Part shown: positions 39,589-53,260 of the stretch, one piece after another
Numbering within the stretch: position 1 is the first letter of the stretch
Layout: each line of letters opens with the position of its first letter
Assembly (NCBI RefSeq): GCF_001194135.2
Contig: NC_068998.1
Span: 51,748,981-51,812,980 of the forward strand
DNA: 64,000 nt
Source: Octopus bimaculoides
Taxonomy: Eukaryota
Direction: 5' to 3'
The notes under the pieces: model-generated
Seen by the model: the letters and a program-made list of their open reading frames with translations, nothing else
The model's database searches: none
Told to the model about the DNA's origin: nothing
Position numbers and translations under genes: made by a program

Positions 39589-40087
39589 CTACAGATGAGA
39601 GTAACATCATGACAACAACTTTAGTTCTCTTTAGGTAATGGTGTTGTAATATGAAGCTTTGATACTATAGTCAGTTCCATAAACAGTGCAGCTATGCCTG
39701 CAGTACTCTTCACAATCATTCATTGGAATTGTTATGCAGAGATATTTTGTCTGAGAACTAATCCAATCCTGCAACCATGATACATCTGTCAATAGCTATC
39801 CTTGGCTGGAAGCTTCAGTTTTATTCATACGTCACTTGCATTTCTTTGAGAGCATTTTCTGATAGTGATAAAGAGATCTATTCTTGTTTGCACAATGATT
39901 TTTCTTTTTTTTTAATTTGCATATATGGTTACATTCTTCGGAACTCAACTACATTCACAACCTCTACCCTACTCACTCCCCCCACTCTCTCTCACATAAA
40001 CATGTAAACACTCTTACATGTGTGTATATACATATATTTGCTTCCGAAAGCATAAATGTGCATGCACATATCCCATCACAGAACTAT

Positions 40088-40143
<56 letters not shown>

Positions 40144-43100
40144 CACACCAACAAGTTTGATTTGTATTCTTTACCTTATCAACATTAACATTAATGATTT
40201 TTGGAACATGGTTTAGTGAACAAAACTATATATTTCTTTAGAAAAGTCCAGAATTACTGAGTATTCAGTCATGAAGCAATGTCCTCTTAATGTGTATTTT
40301 ATTTAATTTTGTCTCAGACTTGTGGGATTTATATTTCACTTCATTGCATACAGTTAATTCCAATGTTTTATAAATATTTATTACTCATTTGAATTGTAAT
40401 TTATTGTGATTAAACTTTTGTTAACAGCAAAATCGCTTGACTAATTCATTAAAACACGGTATTAGGCTAAATGTAAAACATTTTAAATTTCTAATTTAAT
40501 TAAAATAAGCTTTAGTCGTGAGAGATTTTTTTTCCATTTCATAAACTAGTTCAATTTACTGTCCTTGTTGCAATGATGAAAGTAACCAGTTGCTGTTTAT
40601 TTAGATCAACGTTTATCAAACAGACCAAAGACATTCCAACAGGTTATCTAGGACTACATTATCCTATGTGCCTTTTCCTATTTTAAGCAGATAAGGCATG
40701 AAATGAACAAAATTTGGCTACTATTACTTGTTGGCTGGACAACCACATAGAAACTTCCTCGTTGGCAGTTGTTTCATTCTTGGAGAAAATATATTTTGAG
40801 GGAATGTTTCATGTAATTAAGAAACATAGCATATTTTGTCTGAATCTAGTAAGGCTTGCTAATGGAGGGCAGAAACCTTGAGGAGAAAAAAAATGCTTAA
40901 TATTTTTTAGTTTATTTCTATTTTAGAACATGCAATACAAAAATTAGTTTATGTTGTTCTTTATGCTTCATGAGAAAATATATAACCTGCAAGTAAATTA
41001 TCGATAAAAAAAAATGTGTGACTGTGTTGGTGCAAAGCAATTTATTATATGAGGTTGAAATACCTCAGTAAGAAAAAAAAATCATGCTGAGGAAAAAATC
41101 AATCATTAGAGCTCTAATGTAATTTTGGTCTAACCCCAGGCTTTTGAGTGTTTTATAAATATGTCAAAGCAAATGAGAATGTTGGAGGACAGAAGAAAGT
41201 AGACAGAGGCTATGGAACCAACATGGGAGAAGAGAATTGTAAAATGACTGATGATGATTTTCTACCTTTGTAAAAGTAAAATAGAAAAATTATCTTCTAT
41301 ACTGTTACAATTACTTTCATTGTCATCAGTGTTTTCTGCATTGAGCTTTTTTATCTTCTTGATTTCTCGTCTATTTGTATCTCTAACTTTGTTTTCTTTC
41401 CACATTTTGAAATTCTTTCACAAGCATTCTAAATAGCGTTGGTATCTTTCTATTTTATAATAAAACTAGCCAGTCATGTTGAGTTCAATACAGAGTCTTA
41501 GTTCTGTAGAAAATAGCGAGTATGTGTTCCTTAAGATAGAAAAATTGATCTCATTGTCATATAACATTTTCAAAGTTTGTCTTCTGCCAAACTATACAAA
41601 TTACTGGGTATTGTTCACTCTTCTGCACAAGTGAATGTAAAACACAGGTGAGTCCTAGAGTTACAGGAATATTTTTTGTAAAAAATCTATTTTAAGGACT
41701 GAAAAAAAGTAATAGTTTTGTTAAACAATATGATAATTCCCTTCTAGACAAGCAAAAACAATTTGTTTAACCAACTAAGAGATATAATTTTAAGTGACAT
41801 GGACACAATAGAAGTGCTTGTCTAAAACTATATCACAATAGATAAGCGAGGGCAGTTATGAAGACCAGGAAGGACAATAAAAAGACTGTAACTTATTATT
41901 ATTCTTTTTTTCTGTAAAGGTTTGAGATCAGCCAAGATGTGTAAAGAGGTATTGGACTTATCCATTCTAATGTATTCGAGATAACCCTCTTCTTTGAAAG
42001 TATTTATATTTAAATTAAAGCATATGATCATAATTTTATGTAGGAATGTCTTTTTTTTTTTTGTAAATGAAACAAGATAAATGATTAGAAAGATATTTTA
42101 TTAAATCCTTCTAAGTTCTGGATCATTTTCAAAATCTATTTGGAAAACATTCACTGTGTATGTCATTAAAAATATTGCCACTGAAGAGTTACAGGAAAAC
42201 AGGTTTAAACGTTAATCCTATGTTATAAAACTATGAGTTTTATGTATATAAACTTGGATTTAAAATCCCAAATTCTTATTTAAAATCTTTTGAAGCTGGT
42301 TATTCATTTTACTGATTGCCATAAAATCGAAAAATGGAAAACGAAAAAGTTTCAGTTTATCATTTGCTTTAAGGGGTATCCAAAGGGATAACTTTTAATT
42401 CTGGAAAATTGGTTGAAACTTACACACACGCATTTGAGAGATAAGGTGTTAAAAGATTTCCCTTAAATAGGTTTTCTGCATTTCTTAGCTACTTTTTAAA
42501 GAGAACCAAAGAATGAAATTTCATCTGGATTTTTTTTTTCTTCTTNNNNNNNNNNATATATATAAAAGAAAAGAAACAACTTTTCTGGAATAAATTTGTA
42601 TTTTCCTATTCTGTTTGTATGCATATGATTTTCAGATTATATCACTTGAATTCAATTCTCATGTATTTCTTACTATGATATTGAAATGTGACTAAATGAC
42701 ACTTGTCAATACAGTTTATTCTGATGTTTCACTACTGGATGCATGAAGACAATAGTTTTAATGTTAGAGCTTACATACACACACGTGCATGCACGTGTTA
42801 TATATATATATATATATATAATATCATTGTCCTACTTATATCCATTGACTTTTTTGATAAAGATTGAAATGGACAATTTTTGTTTACTAATTCATACATA
42901 TAGTTATCACTTTTTGTTGAATGATATTTCACAGAATATTTCAGATATTTCAAAATTAAAAGAGTAACAAAAATGGTGAACTACTCCATGACATATCAAA
43001 CAAATATTTTCTAATGATTTGGACAAATGCCTTGTGGTATTTAATCATATCCCTTTATGTTCTGAGTTCAAACTTCATTTAAGTTACCTGCTTCTCGTCC

Positions 43101-46100
43101 TTCAGGGTTGATAAAATCAGTGCTAGTCCATGGTACCTTTTGTTTCCAATCTCCTTTGCGAACACGTCCAGCCACTAAGAAATATTACCTTACTTGAAAA
43201 AGGTGATGGCTGGCAGTAGGAAGGACATCTGGCTGTAGAAAATCTCTTAACTAATTCTGACTGTGACTGATGCAAGAATGGAAAAGTAGAGTAGACGGTT
43301 AAACAGTGCTGCTGTTGTTGTTGTAAAGAGCATCAGGGTGTGTTAATTTTCTGCCATATGTATTTCATTCAAGTCTATCAACTTCCATCATTTAAGGAAT
43401 CAGTAATAGGTGATCCTCCAGTTTTAGCAGCAAAGGAGTTCACTGTTGTTATTTCGTTTTAGTGCCAATAATTCTCAGTCACAGCATATCTCCAAAGGTC
43501 TCAGTCTCCTGTCATTGCCTCTGTGAGGCCCAATGTTCTAAGGTCCCTGACAGAATTCAAAGCTCTGAATGACCCAGACCTCTTATATGTAAAAGATACA
43601 AAGTGCAACTAGAATCATAAGCATTAGACATCACTTTTATAATTCCTTCCTGTTATGCATATTATTTATGCTGAAAGTAGTTGTAAGACATTCCAACATA
43701 CCTTTCCATTAATCATTACTTAAGCATGAATTAATTATTCAGACAGCTAAAACAAAATCACACACACACAGACTAAAAAAAAAACTGTTTGACTACATCA
43801 CATTTCACTTCAATTCTACTTGAATTCTAACTCTTAGGATGGGTGTGGTTATTATTCTTAGCTTAAGAATGTAACATACAAAAGAACAATCATCAGATTG
43901 TCACCAAATTTGTTTTTGACTACTATCTTTCCATGCATATATTTTTTTACTTCCACTAGACTGTGTTGTTGCATTTGTAAAGTAAACTATAATTTATCAT
44001 GCATTCAAAATACGTTTGGTATAACACGAACGTGATTTATATAGCTTTATACACACACACCCTAGTAAATAGCAAAATTCTAATTTTTACATTTATTTCT
44101 TAGAAAGGATCTTTACAAAACTGATTTTTTTTCTCTTTTACTTGTGTTAACAATATATTGACAGAAAGACTTTCATCAATTTAGAAAATTAGTTTTGTGT
44201 GGTAAAGAATATTTGTTCTGTAAAGGCTCTTAATGCACTGACTGGACGAGTAGTGGAAGCTTTTATTGTTTTACTCGTTTCAGTCATTTTGCTGTCGCTG
44301 TGTGAGGACCTGTAGTAAAATTTTCGTTTTCATCTGCATAGTCCAAGTTATAAGAGAAAGAAAGAGAAGAAAATCTATGAATATCAATCTAGTTTTCAGG
44401 TAACAAAATGGCTAAATGTATAAATAAGGTATTGGACTTATCCATTTATGTCAGGAGTTCCAATTTGATTCTCCGTTATCTTATTGTGTTAGTACACATT
44501 TCAGTTCACATGGTTGTTCTGTAAATGTTCTATATTTTTCTGAGAACTTTCTTAAGATTTATGCCAGCATCAAGAAAATGAAAGGAAATTACTTGAGTTG
44601 TGTCACATGGTGTTGTCTACAATTTACTGATGTGTTCCAAAAAAAAAAAAAACATTTCCTCATTAACCTTAACTCTTTTGATATGAGCAGTTATGTAGAT
44701 CATTGACTCACTAGAAATAGCAGCAAATTTCATTCTTCTTCTTCTTCTTCTTCTTCTTCTTCTTCTTTTCCTTCTTCTTCCCCTCCTCCTGCTGAGACCA
44801 TCATAGTTCTTTGAAACATATTTTTAAAGTGGTCTTTGTTAAAAACTTAAAACCTTCAAGAAAAAATTTTGTGTTAATTTATTTTCCGCAAACATCATCT
44901 TATGAATGTTCTAATTAATTGAAGCAAGGCAGTCTATTTCAGCAGAAATATGGTAACAGAAGGGTCAATGTATACTTTAACATTTGAAGGCCGATTCTGG
45001 TTGGATGGAAATTATGTTAGGAAGTGAGTTTTGCTGAACAATTATTGGAAAACTGCTTCGTTGGAAGTATATGGCTGCAAAGTGAATGAAGAAGTAGATT
45101 TAGGTGAAGTTATTTGCTTGTAGCAAACTCAGAAAAAGCATAGACTATTGTTGCTGTTCGGAGAAAGAGGCATAAAGGATGTTACAATCTGATAGTTGGC
45201 CAATTAATATTGAACTCTACTGACAAATTCTTGGATCTCAAATTGAAATTGCCAAAAGTTTGCAACAAAAGCTGAATTATGAAGGAATATTCTTGGAAAA
45301 CAAATGACTGCAGCAGAAATATTGCATTTTTCAATAACTCAATACAGTATTGGAAAAGGAGATCAGTTTTAGAAAATGCTAAAATATTAAGTTAGGGAAA
45401 TTAATATTTATATATGGATGCAAATATGATCATGTAGTTTACAAGTCCACAACCATATGGTTTTGAGTTCAGTGCCACTGCATGGAACTTTGGGTAAATG
45501 TCTACTATTATATCCTTAAGCTGACCAGTCCCTTGTGGGTAAATGCCAACTGTCTAGAAACCAGTTATTTGTGTATATGTATAATATGTGTTTGTGTGTT
45601 CATGTATTTGTATTTGACCATTCCTCAGTGCTTGACAACTGGTGTTTCCTTGTTTATGACCCTATAACTTAGCATTTGACCAAAGATTCTGATAGAATAC
45701 ATATCAGGCTTAACTAGTTACTGGGGGTGAATTGATTGACTATATCCTTATTAGCACCTCTGCATGATGGTAGTCCAGTGATTGAAACCAGTACAAGAAT
45801 TAAAGAACAAAAATTAATGTACATTTCCAGAACATCAATAAATAAACTTGTTTAAGAGAAGTAGATCAATAGATATAATATTTATGGATTAGTTTACGTA
45901 GCTCTAGAGGATGCATCACTTCTCAATTGTGTGTATCACAACTATTAAATTTGTCCATATTTATCACAAACAGCTGATGTTCTCCCAACAGAACAAGACA
46001 ACATCTTATTTAATGTTGAACTATGGAAGACAGTGTATTTTTAGTGATCCAAATGCATTGAGTTGTATTCTTGAGCAATGTTATCTGTCGCATGTTAGCA

Positions 46101-48093
46101 TGCTGAGAAGTAAATATCATTCACATAAGGTTTAAAGAGCAAATCCTATTGATGTGAGAATAATTGCTCCTTCTTCTAGCCTCAGGGTGAGCCAAATTCT
46201 TGTGAATGAAACTGTGCTGAAGGTCATTGAATATGTGTGTGTGTGTGTGTAGATCAGCAACTAGCGGCATAATTGGTATGTTGGATAAAAATACCTTATA
46301 GCATTTGATTCCAGTTTGGTTGTCTATTATTACTACACACACACACACACACACACACCCTAATTAATTTTGTCTTTTGTCCCTTGTGAAATTAATATAG
46401 TACCAACCAAAGTACTGAAGTTGATACTCAGCTAAAACACCTTACAGCAATGCCCCAGCATGGCCATAGTTCAATGGTTGAAACCTGTAAAAAAATGTAA
46501 AACATCTATTTTTGCATTGGCAATATTATCACATCATTTAAATTGAAGTTAGTATAAAAGAAAAAAATAGACGTTTATAAGGAATGATTTTTGATTCGTG
46601 GAATCTTAGTCACACTGTTTGCATATTTTGCCTCTATATTGTTAGTTTCATTCTTCAATTGTCTTCAGATACTCTACTTCTACATATAAACATGTCTTTA
46701 AATTGTGTTTCAATACAGATAATTTATTTCTGATCCTATTTCATTGGAACCAACGAAATAGTGGTCAAGACTGTTAAAATTCTGTATTAGAAATTTTAAA
46801 CTTCGGAATACAGAAGCAGAGGATCTGAAAATATGTACAAGGAATTTTAACCAAACAAAAATGTAATACATCTAAAAAGAAAGAAATATCCATGTGTAAA
46901 TGAAGTAATTTTAAAACAGCATAAATAAATGTCATATATGATATTGAAATATAAAAACATTCTTAAATAAGAAGAAAGAAATGACGGCTGAAGTATATGT
47001 TTAATATTATCATTGTTTTCAAGTAGTTTAAAATCATAATTTCCAACTATTTTGATTTGACAGCCACTAATATAGTTAAGAAATTAGCAAAGGTAAAGCT
47101 CTTAGCAAAAATGTATTCAAACTCATACCATTAGTTATGCAATACAACTGTCAAGATATAAAATTCTTTAGAATAAGAATTAAATCTTGTGCCAACATTT
47201 TTCATAATAGTTATCACAATAATTATAAATTTCACTTATTTTTTTTATCATTTCTCTTCTTTGTTGTTGACTAAAAAGTTTACAAAATCTAATTTTTGTT
47301 AAAAATGAATCTTCATATTTTATACTGTTACTTTCCTTTTTTATTCTTCTTTTTAAGAAAATTTCTTGTAAACAAGACTTTTCTCCTAAAGAAGACAAAT
47401 TTGAAAATTAACCAGTTATTTTCAAGAGATTCCCTTTGTGAGAAAAATAATTAATTTTATGCAAGATCAAGAATTTAGTAAACTTGACTTCATAAATATT
47501 TTAATATATAAGCCATGTGAGTGATATTTGGTAAACAGAATCAGTGCTGGAGCTCATTGGATTTAAGCATACAGGTATTGAATTGGTTGAATGGTTAGAG
47601 CATCAAACTGAATACTTCATGGTATTTGTTCCGATACTCCATGCATTGGGTTCAAATCTCGCCAAAGCCATCTAGAGTTGATAAAAAATTACCGAAGGTG
47701 GTGCATTTGTGCAATATTAATAATGTCAGACAGGATGCCTTGTGGTATTTGTTCTATTTGTTTTCACTCTGAGTTCAAAGCCCACTATGGTTAACTTCTC
47801 CTTTCATCCTTCCAGAAGTCGTTAAAAATGTACCAGTCTAGGCTGTTGGGTTAGCTTTAACTCTGAATATGTTAAACCAGATATCTTGTGAAATTTGTTC
47901 TGTTTCTTTGCATTCTGAAATAAAATCTTACCATGGCCTGTTTGGGTTAAGGTAGACTTCATATGTCATCCAGTTTAACACCGTCGCCTAACACCTGGGG
48001 CAACTTTAGCAGAGTCTACTCTGTTATGAGCATTTGGGCCAAGTTAGCTGTTCTTCTCATCATATTTCACCCTCTCTCATCACCTTGCCTAAA

Positions 48094-48098
<5 letters not shown>

Positions 48099-48168
<70 letters not shown>
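48099..48168. repeat. (CT)n microsatellite
   Basis: Direct inspection. Confidence 0.95.
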
Positions 48169-48173
<5 letters not shown>

Positions 48174-49970
48174 CATCTTCTGTTTTATGGGCCTCTTTAG
48201 ACATCTTAATTTTGCAAGTTGCAGAGCAAAGGCAACCTTACTAGTGATTGTGCAATGAAAGAAGCACTCAGTGCACTTTGTAAGGTGGTTGGCATTAGGA
48301 AGGGCTTCTCACCATATAAAGCATACCAAAACAATATTGGAGTATGGCACTGACCTCCAACTTGTTGCTTTCTGCCAAATTGCTCAGTCCATACCAATGG
48401 ACCCTAAATGATGACAGTTATGGCAGCAGTATAGGATTGATACAATCTTCACTCTAAATACTAAATTGCATATTTTAAAACTAAATCTACAACACTGATT
48501 TTATACATAACACTTACTGCAGTTCAAACTAATGTATGTTAGAAGTTTTATCTTCAGATGTGGGAAATCTTTCATCCTTTTTAACATCAAAAGAAGCAAG
48601 CCAAATTTTGCTTTGCTTTACATGTACTTACTAAAAGCTGATTTCCACACAATTCTGATCAAACTTTGCTACTATTTTTAAGAATAATATTTTACTTATT
48701 TTTTCTTTATTGATTTATTTAATTACATTTTCTAAAGTTATAACATGAGGTTTCTGTCTATCATATTTCACTAACAAGGCTTTTCTTTTTCACCTAAATT
48801 CTCTTTTTTTCTCTCCATCTGAAATATAAATATAATCCACATCATCATTGTCATCATATCTTCATTTATCTGCTTTCCATCATGGCTTAGATTCAATAGA
48901 TTGTCATAGTCTGAGTCAGTTACATATTTTTTCAAAATTATTGCCCTCCAAGTTGAGTTGGAGGGCAATGTCTTGTTCATGTGTTCCTAATATATCCATT
49001 CTAACACAACCAACAGTAGTTACTACAAAAATAAAAGTTAATGTGGCTGTTAGTTACGTATTTCTGTATATTTATTTTAGCACTTCAGTTGGACATACAT
49101 TTGTTTTCATATTTTATTTCATATCTTTTCTTTGCTTGTTTCTCTCATTTGACTGTGGCCATGCTGGAGCACTACTTTGAAAAATACTATTTAGATGAAT
49201 GTATCAACCCCAGTATTTATTTTATCTTAAGACTGGTATTTATTCTATCTGTGTCTTTTGCCAAACTGCTAAGTTACATAGAGGCTTCTTTGTTAGCTCA
49301 TTGTAGATAAGTCATTGTAATCAGCCATGATCAAACAGAACTATGGTAAAAGAAATCCCATCTTTTGAAAATACATCATCTAATATTTCCTTTCTATCTT
49401 ATATAAAAAAAAGTAGCTTCTGAATTGTGAGAGATTTAACTTCTATTTCATGCAGTTTGAACAACTGTTTAGAGGCTGTCATCTTGATTTGGTTTCTTCA
49501 TGGTGAAGCAAGAATGTGCTGTAGGTTTGCTGGCAGTAGTTAATTCTGATGAACTTTTTCTTGGAGGATAATGCATGCAAAGAACCAGTGTGAGACTTTG
49601 AGAACTCCTACAAGTGTCATTTTTTTTAGATTGATATGGACATATACTGATAATGGATATTGTTGCATATGAATGAAAATCCACTGCAAGTGAAATGAGA
49701 AAATGTAGATCTATGCTTATGCAGACATATATAACCAAAATTACCATTACTTATCAAATGTTAAATATCCTCTTGTATACGATCTTGTGTTATTGTTGCT
49801 GTTCAAAAGTAAGTTAGTTTTGATTGAGTGAAAGGGTAAATTGATTGAGTAGACATCTATTATCAAAAAGTATTATTGACTCTTCCCTTCCTGTCTTATA
49901 TTCAGAAAACTGCATACCATACATATATGTATGGTTGTATGTGTGTGTGTGTACGTACATACATTAGTAA

Positions 49971-50247
49971 AAGAACACAAATGGAGTTTAAAAATTCACA
50001 ACAGGTGTTTCAGCAACATTTTTTTATTGATGAATACTTCAATTACTTTTTTAAAACAAATAATCATATAGGTAGATTGAGAATTTAAATTGACCAATTT
50101 GCTAAATGTTTAGCAAAGCAGGTGTTTAACATCACCTGATGACGGCAGTTCTTTGGGGATGATGTTATCAAAGTAATCAAAGTATTCATCAATAAAAAAT
50201 GCTTCTGAAACAGGTGTTGTGAATTTTAAAATTCCATTTGTTTTCTT
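49971..50247. repeat. Inverted repeat (arms 49971-50048 and 50171-50247) with a degenerate hammerhead-like motif; probable older Penelope relic
   Basis: Arms align over ~77 bp with about 10 mismatches; CTGATGA at 50136-50142 and GAAAC-AGGT-GTT at 50207-50218. Confidence 0.55.
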
Positions 50248-50350
50248 CTTTTGTACAACCACTATACCTGCAACCATCCCAGGGTTGCTTTTATAATTTA
50301 CATTGGATCAAGTATTTGCATGCATGTGTGTATATTTGTACATATGTGTA

Positions 50351-50404
<54 letters not shown>

Positions 50405-50561
50405 TGTATGTATATATGTATAAGGCAGTATATAAGTTTATATATATAAGTATATGTATATATTTGTCTGCATCTACTTGTATATATTGAGCCCATTACC
50501 CAACTGTTCCCAGCGTCTTGCATGTTGAAATACCTGGATTCTAATGAATCCTACAACTGAA

Positions 50562-50601
<40 letters not shown>

Positions 50602-52889
50602 ATAAGCAACAGGATATCAAGAAGTGTTGTTTATTTTGATTTTATTCACCTTACTTCAAGCTGTGCGGATAATACTGGACTGACTTGGTGCTTCAACTTA
50701 AGTACCTAATTCAACTGAATCTTAATTACTTCTTATTTATACATATATATATATATATATAACTTGTCTAAATGTACCAAATTTTTTAATTTTGGAGATG
50801 AGTTGTCGTATAAGCAACAGCACACCTCTGAGGATAAGAATTTTATTACTCTCAGGTTAAAGATAATGGTTCTTTATTCAAGTCTAGTCTGAGAGTATGT
50901 CCACATCCTAAAATATGACACCTAATAAAGATCAGAGATGAAACTCAAACTTGTGTTGATGTAAATATTAGTAAAAAATTGTTTTAATTCTAAAGATGTG
51001 TGAGGAGGGTTAATAGTCTGAAAATTAGCATCTAAATATGTGGAAACAAAAATGTAAACTAATTATGTATTTTGTGTGTGTTGTATTCATAAAATACACA
51101 GAACAAATGGTATTTTATACTTTATAAAACATACATGTTTCAGTAAATTACTGCCAGGATTACATAATTGCTTGTCAAAACATATAATCAAGTTAATTCA
51201 CCTCTTCAGTGTTTAGCATATATATATATATATATATACACACACATACACATAATGTTGGCTTTACTATGATAACAGATTAGTGTATATTTACTGTTAT
51301 AAAGTTTAGAGTTTTTAATAAGTCAGTTTTCAATTACTTGCTCAATGAGTAAATGTAAGTAACAATTGGTTTAGACTTCATTAAGTAAATAATATAGAAA
51401 AGGAAAAAAATCAATAATGATAGTTAAAGAGAGCTAAGCTAAATTAGGTTTCTCCTAAATTGTACAGATGTCAGGCTTGTTAAGATAGCTTACATCAAAG
51501 AACTATAAGTAAAATTTATAACTACTTCTATGAAGATGAGCGGGGGGAAAAAAGTATACAAAAGCTTCACAGAATGATGCTGGTTTCTGTCTCTTTATGG
51601 TGTTTACTAACTTTGATGATGTCTTAATTTGAGGCAAAAACTTCCAAGGAAAATTCATATTTATTTAGTTTTATATAATTTTGTTTTTCATTTTTATTTT
51701 ATACTTTTACTAATCAATATTTTGGCATTTCTAATTCTAATTATGTACATTCAAAGTTTTATTTTGCAGTATCGGTTTTAAAAGATAGGAATTCCTTTCT
51801 TGCTTTATAACTAGCAACTATAAATTAGACAGAAAATAAAATCTATTTTATTCCTTTACTATAAACCATTAAATCTTTTAGTCTAATCAAACTTGAAAAG
51901 GATTTGTTTTTTTTCATTGGCTCCCAACTAAGGTCTACTGTTTTGTAGATCTATCTAACCCTCAAAATTACTGCTACATAACACATGTTAAATGTCATCG
52001 TATATAATTTGTAAACAATATTTCAGTTCCAGCATTTGTTCTGTAGATTGTTCTGGGAATTTTTCTGTAATAATGATCCTTAATTGTTTCTTGAAATGGT
52101 ATTACTGATGTAGAAAACCTCGTTGATATTTTATTTTTGTTTTATTTCATTGGATATTATTTATTTCATTACAAATACTCACATAATGTTTCACAACTCC
52201 TGTGAAGTCCAGTGACTTCCTTGTAACAGTGCTTGGAATCACTCAGTGCTTTATTTCAATGCTTTCATTACACCAAAAATTTTAATTATATTTTTACACT
52301 AGATTTTTGAAATTAGCTTAAACATCAGTGAAATCATGGGAAAGAAAGTTTTCTATGCAATTGCATTTTGTACTAAAAGATTAAATTTTAATTATTTTTA
52401 TATTGAAACAAGATACAACCACAGTCTTGTTTGACTGCTATATGATTCCTTTACGCTAATCAACATTATATCCAGTATGAAAAACCTGGACTGTTAATAT
52501 AATTTACACTCAACACGCTATTCCAAAATACTATTCAAGATACAATTATCATTAATTTGGTCTTTAGTTCTTAATTGAGATTCTCTCTTTTTATTGATCT
52601 CTGTTAGAATTATATATTTTATTGGAATTATATTTTTATTATATCATTTGCATTCATATGAGACTGTTTCAGAAAGTATTAGGTGTTTGTCAGAAATAGA
52701 TTTTCTTTTATAAATGAATATAATTCTTTTTCTCTATTAACAAGATAAATTGAATGCTTCTGAAAATCTAAAGATTTTATATAGAACTTGTGCTTTATAG
52801 TCAGCTATCCTTCCTATGAAGAAATCTGGTGTTCTTCTGATTTTCTGTGGATAACTGTTTTGTTCAGCACCAATATCTTAGTAAAATAA

Positions 52890-53260
52890 GGGCAAGCATG
52901 GCTGTGTGGTAAGACGTTTACTTCTCACCCATACACTTCTTGGGTTCAGTCCCAGTGCATGGCACCTTGGGCAAGTGTCTTGTGCCTTAGCACCAGACCA
53001 ACCAAAACCTTATGAATGGATTTGGTAGATTGAAGCTGACAGAAACCCATCATATATGTATGTGTGTGTGTGTGTGTGTATGTGTTTCACCACCACTTGA
53101 CAACCAGTGTTGGCTTGTTTAACTAATAACTTAGCAGTTCATCAAAATAGTTGATAGAATAAGTACTAGGCTTTAAAGAAAAGAAGTACTGGGATCAATT
53201 CTTTCAACTTCAGTGTGGTGCCCCAGCATGGCCATAGTGTTAACTCTGAAAGGCTGAAAG
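52890..53260 (+). mobile_element. Near full-length tRNA-derived SINE family B
   Basis: Head, (GT)n spacer and tail all present. Confidence 0.8.
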
